Assembly: GCA_017383485.1 (NCBI GenBank) | Contig: JAFNXM010000027.1 | Coordinates: forward strand, 64,739 to 128,738 | Length of the DNA stretch: 64,000 bases | Source of the DNA: Bacteroidaceae bacterium | GTDB lineage: Bacteria; Bacteroidota; Bacteroidia; Bacteroidales; Bacteroidaceae | Direction of reading: 5' to 3' | Part shown: piece after piece, positions 1-10,623 of the stretch | How positions within the stretch are numbered: position 1 is the stretch's first letter | How the letters are laid out: the number at the start of each line of letters is the position of its first letter | Translations under genes and position numbers: made by a program | Notes under the pieces: model-generated | What the model was told of the DNA's origin: nothing | Databases searched by the model: none | The model's input: only the letters and a program-made list of their open reading frames with translations

Positions 1-1037
1 ACGAGCATGCTTTGGAATGCACGTCCTATGTGGGGCACGTTGTCGGGGTGCACGAGCATTTCACCGCGTGATATATCTATTTCGTCCTCCAACTGGATAG
101 TGACGCTCTGGGGTGGGAAGGCGTAGTCCAACTCGCCGTCGTAGGTCACGATGCTCTTGACTTTACTCCTCTTGCCCGAAGGTAGTGCTATCACTTCGTC
201 GCCCTTTCTCACTATGCCCGAAGCTACTTTTCCACAGAAACCGCGAAAATCCAAATTGGGGCGGAGTACGTACTGCACGGGAAAGCGAAAATCCTGCATA
301 TTGTGCTCGTCGCCGATTTTCACCGTTTCCAGATAATCGAGCAAGGCGGAACCTTCGTACCAGGGTGTACGAGCAGATTTTTCTACAACGTTGTCGCCCT
401 CGAGGGCTGAGAGGGGGAAACAAGCGACGTGGGGCATTATGCGCAAGCCGTTCTCTGCTGACAATTTTACAAGGAATTCTTTGTAGTCTGCAACGATACC
501 ATCAAAGACCTGCTGAGAGAAATCCACCAAGTCCATCTTGTTGACCGCCAAAACGACGTGTTTAATACCAAGGAGTGAACACAAAAACGTATGGCGTCTG
601 GTCTGCGTGATGACACCCGTACGCGCATCGACCAGGATGATAGCCAAATTGGCCGTCGAACCGCCTGTGATCATATTGCGTGTGTACTGCTCGTGCCCCG
701 GTGTATCAGCAATGATAAATTTGCGCTTATTGGTCGAGAAATAGCGGTAGGCCACGTCAATCGTGATACCCTGTTCGCGCTCGGCCTTCAGCCCATCGAG
801 CAACAAGGCGTAGTCTATTTGTCCCGCTCCGGCATTGCCCACACGCTGCGAGTCGCGCTCGAGCGCCGAGAGTTGGTCCTCGTACAATTTTTTCGAGTCG
901 AAAAGCAAGCGACCGATTAGCGTAGACTTACCATCATCTACCGATCCTGCGGTCAAAAGCCTTAAGAGGTCTTTCTGTTCGTCCTGGTCGAGATATTCCT
1001 CGATAGACATTTGTATATTGTCGTTGTGGAGTTCCAT
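1..1037 (-). CDS. cysN: sulfate adenylyltransferase subunit 1 (GTPase), 3' end runs off the window
   Basis: Manual translation from CAT at 1035-1037: [45 protein letters not shown]..., plus [12 protein letters not shown]; follows cysD. Absent from the ORF track because it has no stop in the window. Confidence 0.95.
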   Translation of the reverse strand, partial: MELHNDNIQMSIEEYLDQDEQKDLLRLLTAGSVDDGKSTLIGRLLFDSKKLYEDQLSALERDSQRVGNAGAGQIDYALLLDGLKAEREQGITIDVAYRYFSTNKRKFIIADTPGHEQYTRNMITGGSTANLAIILVDARTGVITQTRRHTFLCSLLGIKHVVLAVNKMDLVDFSQQVFDGIVADYKEFLVKLSAENGLRIMPHVACFPLSALEGDNVVEKSARTPWYEGSALLDYLETVKIGDEHNMQDFRFPVQYVLRPNLDFRGFCGKVASGIVRKGDEVIALPSGKRSKVKSIVTYDGELDYAFPPQSVTIQLEDEIDISRGEMLVHPDNVPHIGRAFQSML

Positions 1038-1070
1038 TTTCTTTTGGATTTATGAGATGAATGTCTGAGA

Positions 1071-1982
1071 TTAGAAATAGCCTTCGCGCTTCTTTTGCTC
1101 CATCGAAGCCTCTTGGTCAAAGTCTATCACACGTGTGGTGCGCTCGCTCTTGGTCGTGGTCATCATTTCCTCGACGATTTTCTCGATAGTGTCGGCTTCG
1201 CTCTCCACTGCGCCTGTCAGTGGCCAGCAACCCAGGGTGCGGAAGCGAATATTCCGTATCTCGATTTTATCCCGATACGCCTCGGGCATACGATCGTCGT
1301 CGGGCATGATGAGTTGTCCGTCCAGATTGACCACAGGTCTGGGCTTGGCGTAATACAATGGCACGATAGGGATATTCTCCAAGCGAATGTATTGCCAGAT
1401 ATCCAGTTCGGTCCAATTGCTCAAGGGGAAGACACGAATAGATTCCCCCTTGCGCACACGAGCATTATAGATATCCCAAAGTTCAGGACGCTGATTTTTG
1501 GGATCCCATTGGTGAAATTGGTCGCGGAAGGAGAAAATGCGTTCCTTGGCACGACTTTTCTCTTCATCACGCCGTGCACCACCAAATGCAGCGTCGAATT
1601 TATACTTATCCAAAGCATCCAGGAGCGCTTTGGTCTTCATCAGATCCGTGTGCACCTTGGAACCATGCGAGAAGGGGCCGACGCCTGCTTCAAAGGCTTC
1701 GGTATTGCTCTCCACGATCAGATCCCATCCGTGCGCTTTGGCATATTCGTCGCGGAAGGTAATCATTTCTTTAAATTTCCACTTAGAATCGATGTGCATC
1801 AATGGGAAGGGGACTTTGCCTGGGGCGAAAGCTTTCTCCGCCAAGCGTACCATTACGCTCGAGTCCTTACCAATACTATAGAGCATTACGGGATTTTCAA
1901 ATTCGGCAGCCACTTCGCGAATAATGTAGATGGATTCTGCCTCCAACTCCTTTAGGTGGCTGAGATTATAGTTCTCTGTCAT
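1071..1982 (-). CDS. cysD: sulfate adenylyltransferase subunit 2
   Basis: [32 protein letters not shown] and C-terminal KKREGYF; likely start MTENYNL at 1982 (ORF extends to 2033). Confidence 0.97.
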   Translation of the reverse strand: MTENYNLSHLKELEAESIYIIREVAAEFENPVMLYSIGKDSSVMVRLAEKAFAPGKVPFPLMHIDSKWKFKEMITFRDEYAKAHGWDLIVESNTEAFEAGVGPFSHGSKVHTDLMKTKALLDALDKYKFDAAFGGARRDEEKSRAKERIFSFRDQFHQWDPKNQRPELWDIYNARVRKGESIRVFPLSNWTELDIWQYIRLENIPIVPLYYAKPRPVVNLDGQLIMPDDDRMPEAYRDKIEIRNIRFRTLGCWPLTGAVESEADTIEKIVEEMMTTTKSERTTRVIDFDQEASMEQKKREGYF

Positions 1983-2066
1983 ATTGTATATGTTTATATT
2001 TTCGACTAATGTTTTATAGCGCGTTTCGTGCAAAAGACTTGGCTAGAATTATATCAAGTCTACGCC

Positions 2067-2651
2067 TTACTCTATGCCCAGGAGAGCCAACAACATCCTG
2101 ACACTTTCCTCGAGAGATACGGCAGATGTATCGATACTCAGATCTGGATTCATGGGCGCTTCGAACGGCGAAGATATACCAGTGAAATTTTTGATTTCGC
2201 CCAGACGTGCTTTGGCATATAGCCCTTTGACATCGCGGCGCTCGCACTCCTCGAGCGGCGTGGATATATAGATTTCTTTGAAGTCGTTGCGTCCGATGAT
2301 TTCTGCCGCCATTTGTCGCATTTCTTCGGTGGGGCTGATGAAGGCGGCTATGGTGATGATGCCCGTATCAACGAAGAGTTTGGACACCTCGGCGATGCGG
2401 CGAATATTCTCCTTGCGGTCTGCCTCGGAGAAACCGAGATTTGCATTTATACCGCTTCGGATATTGTCGCCATCAAGGATTCGGCACAAGCGGCCACGAC
2501 GGTGCAGTTCACGTTCCAGGGCTACTGCTACGGTACTCTTGCCCGAGCCACTCAAACCAGTGAACCATAACATCACACCCCTTTGTCCGAGAAGCGCCTC
2601 CTTGTCTTCGCGCGACAGCATTTGATCAAAAATCGGATATATATTTGACAT
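2067..2651 (-). CDS. cysC: adenylyl-sulfate kinase
   Basis: WFTGLSGSGKST, LDGDNIR, RDVKGLY, FTGISSPFEAP. Confidence 0.97.
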   Translation of the reverse strand: MSNIYPIFDQMLSREDKEALLGQRGVMLWFTGLSGSGKSTVAVALERELHRRGRLCRILDGDNIRSGINANLGFSEADRKENIRRIAEVSKLFVDTGIITIAAFISPTEEMRQMAAEIIGRNDFKEIYISTPLEECERRDVKGLYAKARLGEIKNFTGISSPFEAPMNPDLSIDTSAVSLEESVRMLLALLGIE

Positions 2652-2731
2652 TTTTCTGTTGGTTTTATTTCGTTTAAATCATATCTTTCAAAAGCGCATT
2701 TCACTCTTTCTATTTTCTCATTTACCCTCAG

Positions 2732-4297
2732 TTAAAATGGCCAAAATATAGGAATCAGCCACAGGCTCAACGCCATTGTAATAAGGCTCAACGGCAAGCC
2801 CACCTTGACAAAGTCCGAAAAACGATAGTTGCCCACCCCCTGCACAATCAGGTTGGTCTGGTAGCCAATAGGTGTACAGAAACTGGCACTTGCCGCAATA
2901 CAAATACTTACGATGAAAGGCATCGGACTCACGCCCAAGTGCTGTGCTATCGACATGGCTATGGGGAAAGCCAGCGCAGCGGCGGCATTGTTGGTCATCA
3001 ATTCGGTTGCAACAGCTGTGATCAGATACACTACGCCCAACAATACGTATGCACCATGTTCATGACTCAGTCCCACGGCCCAACTCGCCACATTGTCTGC
3101 CATGCCCGAATTCTGCATCGCCTTACTAATAGCAAAGGCTGATGCAATCGTCACCAAAATATCCCAAGAGATGATCTTGGTATATTTGCGCGCCGGAAAG
3201 ATGTTCGTCCATGCCATTATCACGGTCGTCACACAGACAAAGAAAAACATATCAAACTTCATGCCGGGTACAAGGCCTGACATAGTGGGCAGCTCGCCTA
3301 CTGTTGCACCGAGTATCATTATCAGAAGCAGGAGTATGGTAAACCATTGCTTACCCTTACTCATTTTCTGTTCGCGATTATGACTGTCTGCTACCATTAA
3401 GAAGAAGGATGAGTCACCCCAATTCTTGATAAATGTCTCGTCTGCCATGAGACAGAGCGTGTCGCCCTCGCGAAAGCGCACGTTCTTCAATTCCTTTCCC
3501 ACCAGCGTCCGACCTGCTCGCTTTATCTCCATCAATGTGGCGCCATACTTCTCTTTGAAATCAAAATCTCGCACACGTCGATTGATGGCGGGAAAGCGTG
3601 CGCCAATGACGGCTTCGACGGGGAAGTAGGGAGATAGTCCTTCGTCATCCAAGGTTTCATCTCGTTTTGCCCTTCTCTCGGGCAGGAGAAATCTTGATAC
3701 CAACCATATATATAAGGTACCGGCAAGGGCGATGAATATGCCGATTTTTCCCAATTCGAACATTGAGAGTCCGCGCACACCGCTTTCTGGATTTGCCGCC
3801 GCGACGTCGAGCGCCATACCATGTACCACCAAGTTGGTCGAAGTCCCAATCAGCGTACACATGCCCCCAAATATTGTAGCAAAGGACAGAGGGATGAGCA
3901 ATTTCGTCGGTGCCATCTTGTGCCGCTCTGCCCAGCGTTTTATCATCGGGGCAAAGATCACGACCACCGGGGTATTGTTGAGGAAGGCCGAGATAAAAGA
4001 AACGACAGGCATCATCCTGATTTGTGCGCCGAGCACCATGCATTTTCGGTTGGGCAGGAGCCAATTGAGCAGACTTTCCAAGAGGCCCGAGCGGCGCACC
4101 CCCTCGCTGACCAAAAAGAGCAAGGCCACGGTGATCATGCCCTTGTTGGAAAAGCCTTCGAGCATTTCAGTTGGCGTCAGTATACCTGCACAAAGAAAGA
4201 TTATCGCTCCGGAAAGCAGTATCAGCCCTGGACGCAGGATTTCCTTGGTCAGGGCGATGAGCATGAGTATAACGATGATCGTGACAAATGTAGCCAT
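2732..4297 (-). CDS. SLC13/DASS family permease with TrkA-C domain (probable sulfate transporter)
   Basis: SAFLNNTPVV, GGMCTLIGTSTNL, TPIGYQTN motifs; many TM segments; lies inside the cys operon. Confidence 0.9.
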   Translation of the reverse strand: MATFVTIIVILMLIALTKEILRPGLILLSGAIIFLCAGILTPTEMLEGFSNKGMITVALLFLVSEGVRRSGLLESLLNWLLPNRKCMVLGAQIRMMPVVSFISAFLNNTPVVVIFAPMIKRWAERHKMAPTKLLIPLSFATIFGGMCTLIGTSTNLVVHGMALDVAAANPESGVRGLSMFELGKIGIFIALAGTLYIWLVSRFLLPERRAKRDETLDDEGLSPYFPVEAVIGARFPAINRRVRDFDFKEKYGATLMEIKRAGRTLVGKELKNVRFREGDTLCLMADETFIKNWGDSSFFLMVADSHNREQKMSKGKQWFTILLLLIMILGATVGELPTMSGLVPGMKFDMFFFVCVTTVIMAWTNIFPARKYTKIISWDILVTIASAFAISKAMQNSGMADNVASWAVGLSHEHGAYVLLGVVYLITAVATELMTNNAAAALAFPIAMSIAQHLGVSPMPFIVSICIAASASFCTPIGYQTNLIVQGVGNYRFSDFVKVGLPLSLITMALSLWLIPIFWPF

Positions 4298-4327
4298 ACG
4301 ATGATTTATGACGCGTTGAAAGTTTTC

Positions 4328-5128
4328 CTATATAGGTTTAGACTTTACCACAAACCATGGATTGTGCAAATCCGCCTTGTTATAGACCAAAGGCAAGTTG
4401 TCCTCGGCGCGCACAATAAGGCCTCCTGCTGCGCGAACGATAGCATCTCCGGCGGCGGTATCCCATTCCATCGTGGGACCAAAGCGTGGATATTCCATAG
4501 CCAGTCCCTCGGCCACGCGTGCTATTTTCAGAGCACTGCCAGCCTGGACCATTGTCACCTTTTCAAAATCTTCGCGCAAGATGTCAATATATTCTTCTGT
4601 CTCGGGCGATAGATGCGAGCGCGAGACTACGACTACATATTCGCCGGGTTCAAATTCTTTTGCCAATGGCAAGGCTACGGGCGCTTCGGCAAAGTCGCCG
4701 TTTTCATCTACCTTGACCCGGAAAGCACCTACACCCACTTCGCCGTAATATAGCGTATTTGTGTTGGGTTCAAACATGACACCGAGCACCGGCACAGTGC
4801 CTTCGACCAGGGCGATGTTTACTGTAAATTCGCCATTGCGCTTCACAAATTCCTTGGTACCATCCAGCGGATCTACGACCCAAAGGCTGGTCCACGCCCG
4901 ACGTTCTTCGTAGGGCAAATGTGCACCCTCTTCGCTCAGCACAGGTATTGCCGTGGGTGCAAGGACAGACATGATCGCCTCATGCGAACGGCGATCGGCC
5001 AGCGTCAGTGGCGACGCATCCGCCTTGTATTCCAATTCGTGTTGTGCAGCAGGGAGCGCATACACTTGCATTATCTCGCGACCGCCAAGGATGGCTGCGC
5101 GTATGGCTAATTGTAGATTTGTGTTCAC
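4328..5128 (-). CDS. cysQ: 3'(2'),5'-bisphosphate nucleotidase
   Basis: LSEE, WVVDPLDGTKEF, GSALK, EWDTAAG. Start placed at GTG 5128, downstream of a TACTTTTG promoter at 5165-5172 (ORF track start 5218). Confidence 0.93.
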   Translation of the reverse strand: MNTNLQLAIRAAILGGREIMQVYALPAAQHELEYKADASPLTLADRRSHEAIMSVLAPTAIPVLSEEGAHLPYEERRAWTSLWVVDPLDGTKEFVKRNGEFTVNIALVEGTVPVLGVMFEPNTNTLYYGEVGVGAFRVKVDENGDFAEAPVALPLAKEFEPGEYVVVVSRSHLSPETEEYIDILREDFEKVTMVQAGSALKIARVAEGLAMEYPRFGPTMEWDTAAGDAIVRAAGGLIVRAEDNLPLVYNKADLHNPWFVVKSKPI

Positions 5129-5299
5129 CTGATTTAATGTATTATAGTTGTTGTTTGCTTGTGGCAAAAGTAGCAAATAGTGTATATAATGCCAAATACG
5201 CTCTGGCAGCCGCACCAATTGATTAGCCCGACGAAGGAAAAACAGAACATTTTTCTTCCCTTTTTAACTTTCGCAAATGTTATCAGATGTTAATTTTGA

Positions 5300-5381
5300 T
5301 TTGGTCATTGTGAAAAATATTTGTATCTTTGTCTTACAGAGTAGCAGGAGCCCATTACAACGGGATTTTGCTACTTTTTTT
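5300..5381 (+). ncRNA. promoter plus ~45-nt hairpin/terminator micro-transcript, copy 1
   Basis: TTTGG..TATCTTTG (5324-5331), then hairpin AGTAGCAGGAGCCC-ATTACAAC-GGGATTTTGCTACT and a T7 run. Confidence 0.5.
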
Positions 5382-5397
5382 ATGCCTTGAAATCAAA

Positions 5398-5500
5398 GAA
5401 AATGGCCAAAAGTTTGATAAAAAAAGGTTAGACCTTGTGAAAATTTCGCGACGCCTCGTGAAAAAAAGGTCTTAACTTTTTCAAAAAAGAGAACGGCTTG
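5398..5500. repeat. 21-bp unit array 1
   Basis: Units at 5419 aaaaaaaggttagaccttgtg, 5440 aaaatttcgcgacgcctcgtg, 5461 aaaaaaaggtcttaacttttt, plus degenerate flanking units. Confidence 0.85.
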
Positions 5501-5669
5501 CCCCTAAAATGTCCTTTGACGTAAAAATTTGGCCTATACCTTTTGTTACGGAAAGTTAAACTTTCATAAACTTTCCTAACTTTCCTGTTATCGAAAAAAA
5601 GAACTTATCAATATGCCTATATCTCAAATCAAAATCGTAAATTCGCACCCATTATAAATATAGTATAGG

Positions 5670-7226
5670 ATGATAAACGGCAAATTGCTTTGGGTGGACG
5701 ACGAGATCGAGATGCTCAAGGCCTATCGTATATTTTTAGAAAACAAGGGATACGAGGTGGTGTGTGCCTCGAACGGCAACGACGCTATCGAGTTGTGTCG
5801 CGAAGGCAGTTTCGACTTGATTCTGCTGGACGAGAATATGCCCGGACTGAGTGGCCTGGAGACACTGAGCCGCATCAAGGAAATACGCCCCGATGTGCCC
5901 GTGGTGATGGTGACTAAGAACGAAGAAGAAGACATCATGAATCAAGCCATCGGTGCCAAGATTGCCGACTATTTGATCAAGCCTGTCAACCCCAATCAAA
6001 TCCTGCTGGCATTGAAGAAGAATATCCATCGCCGCGAAATCGTGTCGGAGGTGGCAGAGTCGTCGTATCGTAGCGAATTCAGCCGTATCGGCATGCAATT
6101 GAGCGAGAACATGGACTTCGAAGGTTGGAAGGAGTTGTACAAGAAACTGGTGTTCTGGGAACTGGAACTGGCCGAGACGGGCGGTGCCATGGCCGAGATG
6201 ATACAGATGCAAAAGGAGGAGGCCAACCTGAACTTTGCCAAATTCATTCGTCGCAACTACGAGGGGTGGTTCTCTGCCCCCGAGGGACGCCCACTGATGA
6301 GCATGGATCTGATGAAGACCACAGTTTTTCCCCGCCTCAGTGCAGGCAAGAAAATCTTCCTGATCGTACTCGACAACCTACGTTTCGACCAATGGCGCAC
6401 CTTGGCTCGCGAGTTGAAAAATGACTTCGACATCGACGAGGACCTCTACCTGTCCATCTTGCCCACGGCTACACAGTACGCCCGCAATGCTATCTTTGCC
6501 GGCATGACACCGCTGGACATCCGCCGCACTTATCCCGACCTATGGATCGAGGAGGAGGAAGAAGAAAGCAAGAACCAAAACGAAGAAGCACTGATACAAT
6601 CGCTGCTGGAACGCTATCGCCGCCGCGAAACATTCACCTATACACGTGTGAATGGCGCCGCCGACACCGAACGCCTGCTCTCGACGCTGAAAGCCAAGAT
6701 GGCACATCCGCTCAATGTGGTGGTGTTCAACTTTATCGACATGCTGTCGCACGCCCGCACCGAGTCGAAGATGGTGCGCGAACTGGCCGCCAACGAAGCC
6801 GCCTTCCGTGGTCTGACGAAGTCCTGGTTTATGCACACTGCAATAGGCGAATTCTTCCGCACACTGAGCGAGGCCGACGTAGAAGTAATCATCACGACCG
6901 ATCATGGTAGCATCCGTACGACCAACCCTTCGAAAGTCGTCGGAGATCGTAATGTCAACTCAAATCTGCGCTACAAGTTGGGCAAAAACCTTAGTTACAA
7001 CAACCGCGAGGTCTACGAAGTGAAGCATCCCGAACGTATCGGTTTGCCCGCGCCCAACCTCTCGACCACCTATATCTTTGCAACAGGCGACAAATTCTTT
7101 GCCTATCCCAACAACTACAACCACTATGTGCAGTACTACAAGGATACTTTCCAGCATGGTGGTATCTCGATGGAGGAAATGCTGATTCCGCTCATCACCC
7201 TGCGACCCAAACGAGGCGGCAACTGA
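5670..7226 (+). CDS. porX: PorX response regulator (receiver + PglZ/alkaline-phosphatase-like domain)
   Basis: WVDDEI/LLDENMPG receiver, ILPTATQYARNAIF, TDHG, FQHGGISMEEM. Confidence 0.93.
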   Translation: MINGKLLWVDDEIEMLKAYRIFLENKGYEVVCASNGNDAIELCREGSFDLILLDENMPGLSGLETLSRIKEIRPDVPVVMVTKNEEEDIMNQAIGAKIADYLIKPVNPNQILLALKKNIHRREIVSEVAESSYRSEFSRIGMQLSENMDFEGWKELYKKLVFWELELAETGGAMAEMIQMQKEEANLNFAKFIRRNYEGWFSAPEGRPLMSMDLMKTTVFPRLSAGKKIFLIVLDNLRFDQWRTLARELKNDFDIDEDLYLSILPTATQYARNAIFAGMTPLDIRRTYPDLWIEEEEEESKNQNEEALIQSLLERYRRRETFTYTRVNGAADTERLLSTLKAKMAHPLNVVVFNFIDMLSHARTESKMVRELAANEAAFRGLTKSWFMHTAIGEFFRTLSEADVEVIITTDHGSIRTTNPSKVVGDRNVNSNLRYKLGKNLSYNNREVYEVKHPERIGLPAPNLSTTYIFATGDKFFAYPNNYNHYVQYYKDTFQHGGISMEEMLIPLITLRPKRGGN

Positions 7227-7279
7227 TCTGCGACGACTCCAGACAAACCCTATAGCAATCTATATACAATAATAATAAA

Positions 7280-10000
7280 ATGGAACAGAAAAAGCACTTA
7301 GGCCTCAACGCTCAACAAGTAGCAGAGAGCAGAGCTAAACATGGCGCCAACGTATTGACGCCACCTGCCAAGACTCCGCTTTGGAAAGAGTTCTTGGAAA
7401 AATTCAACGATCCCATCATCCGCATCCTATTACTGGCTTTGCTCGCATCAGTCGGCATCAGTTTGTTCGAATTCTTCAGCGACGGTGCTCACCATGGCGA
7501 CCCATCGGTATTCTTCGAGCCCATCGGTATCTTTGTAGCCGTGATTTTGGCTACAGGCATCGGTTTTTGGTTTGAAGTCAAAGCCAATCGTGCCTTCGAC
7601 CTGCTGAACACAGTGAGCGACGAAGACCCCGTGCAAGTGGTGCGAGACGGCATTGCTACCGAAGTGCCTAAGAGCGACATCGTCGTGGGTGATATCGTCA
7701 TCCTTGGTACGGGTACAGAGGTGCCAGCCGACGGCACTTTGGTCGAAGCCGTATCGTTGCAAATCAATGAGTCGACCCTGACCGGCGAACCTATGGTGCG
7801 CAAGTCGACCAACCCCGAGGAATTTGACGCAGAAGCCACCTACCCCACCAATCAAGCACTGCGCGGCACAACAGTGACTGACGGTCACGGCGTGATGCAA
7901 GTGACACATGTGGGCGATGCTACAGAGAATGGCAAGGTATTCACTGCCGCACAAATCGACAATAGTATCAAGACGCCTCTGAACCACCAATTGGATGGAC
8001 TCGGCGCTGTGATTTCTAAAATCAGTTACGTACTGGCTGCACTGATCCTGGTGGGCCGTCTCTCGTTCTACTTCATCGGCATGGAGCAATTCGTAGCGAT
8101 GGATTTTGCCGCTGAATTGTTGCAAAGCATCATGATCGCCGTGACACTGGTCGTAGTATCTGTGCCCGAGGGTTTGCCTATGAGCGTGACATTGTCACTG
8201 GCACTGAGTATGCGCCGTATGCTGCAGACACAAAACTTGGTGCGCAAGATGCACGCCTGTGAAACTATGGGTGCAACAACTGTGATCTGTACCGACAAGA
8301 CTGGTACGCTGACACAAAACCAAATGCGCATTCACGAGACACAATTCTTCACTTTGCCCGAACAGAAGGTGGGCGACGACGACCTCTCTCGTACGATCAC
8401 CGAAGGTATTGCTGTCAACTCGACTGCTATGCTCAAAGTCAACGAGCCTAAGGAAGGTCAAACTACTCCTACGAAGCAAGTGATGGGTAATCCTACCGAG
8501 GGAGCTCTGATCCTGTGGCTCGACGCACAAGGTCTGGACTACGAAACACTGCGCAACGCTGCGCCTACAGAATCACAACTCACCTTCTCGACAGAACGCA
8601 AGTATATGGCCACAGTCGTTCGCTCGGCGGCACACCCAGGCAAGAAAATCCTCTATGTCAAGGGTGCGCCTGAAATCGTACACGGTTTGTGCAAAAAGAC
8701 CCTGGGAGATGTGACCAAAGAAGAACTCGACAAGAAGCTTTTGGCTTATCAAAACAAGGCGATGCGTACCCTCGGTTTCGCTTACCAAGTGCTGGAAGAA
8801 GGCGATGCTACATTTGACGACAAGGTGGTGCTGGCAGAACGTCTCACCTTCCTGGGTATCGTAGCCATAGCCGACCCTGTGCGTAGCGATGTCCCTGCCG
8901 CCGTTGGCGCATGTATGGATGCTGGTATTAACATCAAAATTGTGACAGGTGACACCCCAGGTACTGCACGCGAAATCGGTCGCCAAATCGGACTTTGGAA
9001 AGAGGGCGACACAGCGCGCAATGAGATCACAGGTCCTGAGTTTGCTGCACTGAGCGACGAGGAACTGGAAGAACGCATCCTGGACTTGAAGATCATCTCA
9101 CGCGCACGTCCTATGGACAAAAAGCGCTTGGTAGAAACTCTGCAGAAGTTGGGTCAAGTCGTTGCCGTAACGGGTGATGGCACCAATGATGCTCCAGCGT
9201 TGAAAGCAGCCCAGGTGGGCCTCTCGATGGGCGACGGCACCAGCGTAGCCAAGGAGGCTTCGGACATCACCATCATGGACAACTCGTTTGCAAGCATTAC
9301 TCGCGCAGTGATGTGGGGACGTTCACTGTACAGAAATATTCAGCGCTTCATCCTCTTCCAAATGACCATCAACGTTTCGGCTTGTCTGATCGTCCTGATC
9401 GGTGCTTTCCTCGGCACAGAGTCTCCGCTCACCGTCACACAGATGCTTTGGGTGAACCTAATCATGGATACTTTTGCGGCTATGGCTTTGGCTTCGTTGC
9501 CCCCCTCTATGGATGTGATGAAGGACAAGCCACGTCGTCGCGAAGACTTCATTGTGACACGTCCGATGTGGCAGGGCATCATCGGTCTGGGTGTATTCTT
9601 CACAGCGCTGCTCATTGGTCTGAACATCGTATTCCAGCACTGTTCGTTCGGTGCCGTTGGTGCAGAGTCACTCCTCAACTTCCAATGGGATAGCACAGCC
9701 AGCGAAATGACGTCGTACGAAAGCGGCGTATTCTTCTCGCTCTTTGTAATGTTGCAATTCTGGAACATGTTCAATGCGAAGGCTTATGCCACAGGCAAGA
9801 GCGCACTGAATGGATTGCTCGGCAATACGACATTCCTGCTCGTAGCAGCCCTGATCATCGTGGGCCAAATCCTTATCGTCAGCTTCGGTGGCGAAATGTT
9901 CCGCGTCAGTGCACTCGGCGCTATGGATTGGCTGATCATCATCGCTGTGACAAGTCCTATCTTCCTGGTGGGAGAGCTCAAACGTCTGTTGTCTAAATAA
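7280..10000 (+). CDS. calcium-translocating P-type ATPase (PMCA-like)
   Basis: LTGE, PEGL, DKTGTLT, KGAPE, TGD, GDGTNDAPAL, LWVNLIMDT. Confidence 0.93.
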   Translation: MEQKKHLGLNAQQVAESRAKHGANVLTPPAKTPLWKEFLEKFNDPIIRILLLALLASVGISLFEFFSDGAHHGDPSVFFEPIGIFVAVILATGIGFWFEVKANRAFDLLNTVSDEDPVQVVRDGIATEVPKSDIVVGDIVILGTGTEVPADGTLVEAVSLQINESTLTGEPMVRKSTNPEEFDAEATYPTNQALRGTTVTDGHGVMQVTHVGDATENGKVFTAAQIDNSIKTPLNHQLDGLGAVISKISYVLAALILVGRLSFYFIGMEQFVAMDFAAELLQSIMIAVTLVVVSVPEGLPMSVTLSLALSMRRMLQTQNLVRKMHACETMGATTVICTDKTGTLTQNQMRIHETQFFTLPEQKVGDDDLSRTITEGIAVNSTAMLKVNEPKEGQTTPTKQVMGNPTEGALILWLDAQGLDYETLRNAAPTESQLTFSTERKYMATVVRSAAHPGKKILYVKGAPEIVHGLCKKTLGDVTKEELDKKLLAYQNKAMRTLGFAYQVLEEGDATFDDKVVLAERLTFLGIVAIADPVRSDVPAAVGACMDAGINIKIVTGDTPGTAREIGRQIGLWKEGDTARNEITGPEFAALSDEELEERILDLKIISRARPMDKKRLVETLQKLGQVVAVTGDGTNDAPALKAAQVGLSMGDGTSVAKEASDITIMDNSFASITRAVMWGRSLYRNIQRFILFQMTINVSACLIVLIGAFLGTESPLTVTQMLWVNLIMDTFAAMALASLPPSMDVMKDKPRRREDFIVTRPMWQGIIGLGVFFTALLIGLNIVFQHCSFGAVGAESLLNFQWDSTASEMTSYESGVFFSLFVMLQFWNMFNAKAYATGKSALNGLLGNTTFLLVAALIIVGQILIVSFGGEMFRVSALGAMDWLIIIAVTSPIFLVGELKRLLSK

Positions 10001-10030
10001 GGACAAACGATACAACGTTTATACTACATC

Positions 10031-10068
10031 AGGCAGTATCTTTTTTCACAAGGTACTGCCTCTTTTTT
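10031..10068 (+). terminator. intrinsic terminator of the ATPase gene
   Basis: AGGCAGTATCTT...AAGGTACTGCCT followed by a T-run. Confidence 0.8.
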
Positions 10069-10087
10069 ATACCCCAAAAGTAGCGTG

Positions 10088-10171
10088 AAAATTTCGCGAC
10101 GCCTCGTAAAAAAAACATTAGACCTTTTTTAAATTTCGCGACGCCTCGTGAAAAAAAGGTCTAGGTTTGTG
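10088..10171. repeat. 21-bp unit array 2
   Basis: 10088 aaaatttcgcgacgcctcgta / 10109 aaaaaaacattagaccttttt / 10130 taaatttcgcgacgcctcgtg / 10151 aaaaaaaggtctaggtttgtg. Confidence 0.9.
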
Positions 10172-10317
10172 AAAAGTCCCTTTTGTGTAGTAAAAAAACA
10201 ACAGTAAGAAGGAAGCAGAAAACCTGCCCCCGCAAGTTTATAAAAAAAGAAAATGCATCGAATGCCCAGGGGGCGTATCAATGCATGGCGATATATAGAG
10301 TTGATGTGTTGTCGATT

Positions 10318-10380
10318 AAAAAAGGGATACCGCCGTATCCCAACCTTGTTAACCTTAAATCTAATACTATGAAAAACACG
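10318..10380 (-). ncRNA. duplicated sRNA, copy A (antisense-to-start-codon type)
   Basis: TATCTTTG promoter (10384-10391, minus strand), body GTGTTTTTCATAGTATTAGATTTAAGGTTAACAAGGTT, terminator GGGATAC-GGCG-GTATCCC-T6; near-identical to 61472-61534. Confidence 0.75.
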
Positions 10381-10623
10381 ATGCAAAGATACGGGCTTTT
10401 GAGAAACTTGCAATATTAAATACATAAAAAAGTATCAGAAATAGCATTTTTTAAGGATTTAAGTGTAATTTTGCAAACTCAACCCGCCAAAAACCTAACT
10501 TTTACACCATCCAAATGGTGATAAACAATAAAAAGTAGAACATGGCGTTTCAAATAGCAGGAACTTCGGCAGATTTTTGCATGACAGGGAAGTCTGTATA
10601 TTTGACCCTCTAAACAGAAAATC

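Noticed and set aside
10470-10623. Cobalamin riboswitch ahead of the adenosyltransferase block
   Set aside because: Only a GGGAAG fragment; no AGGGAA-CCGGTG-AATCCGG core or B12 box.
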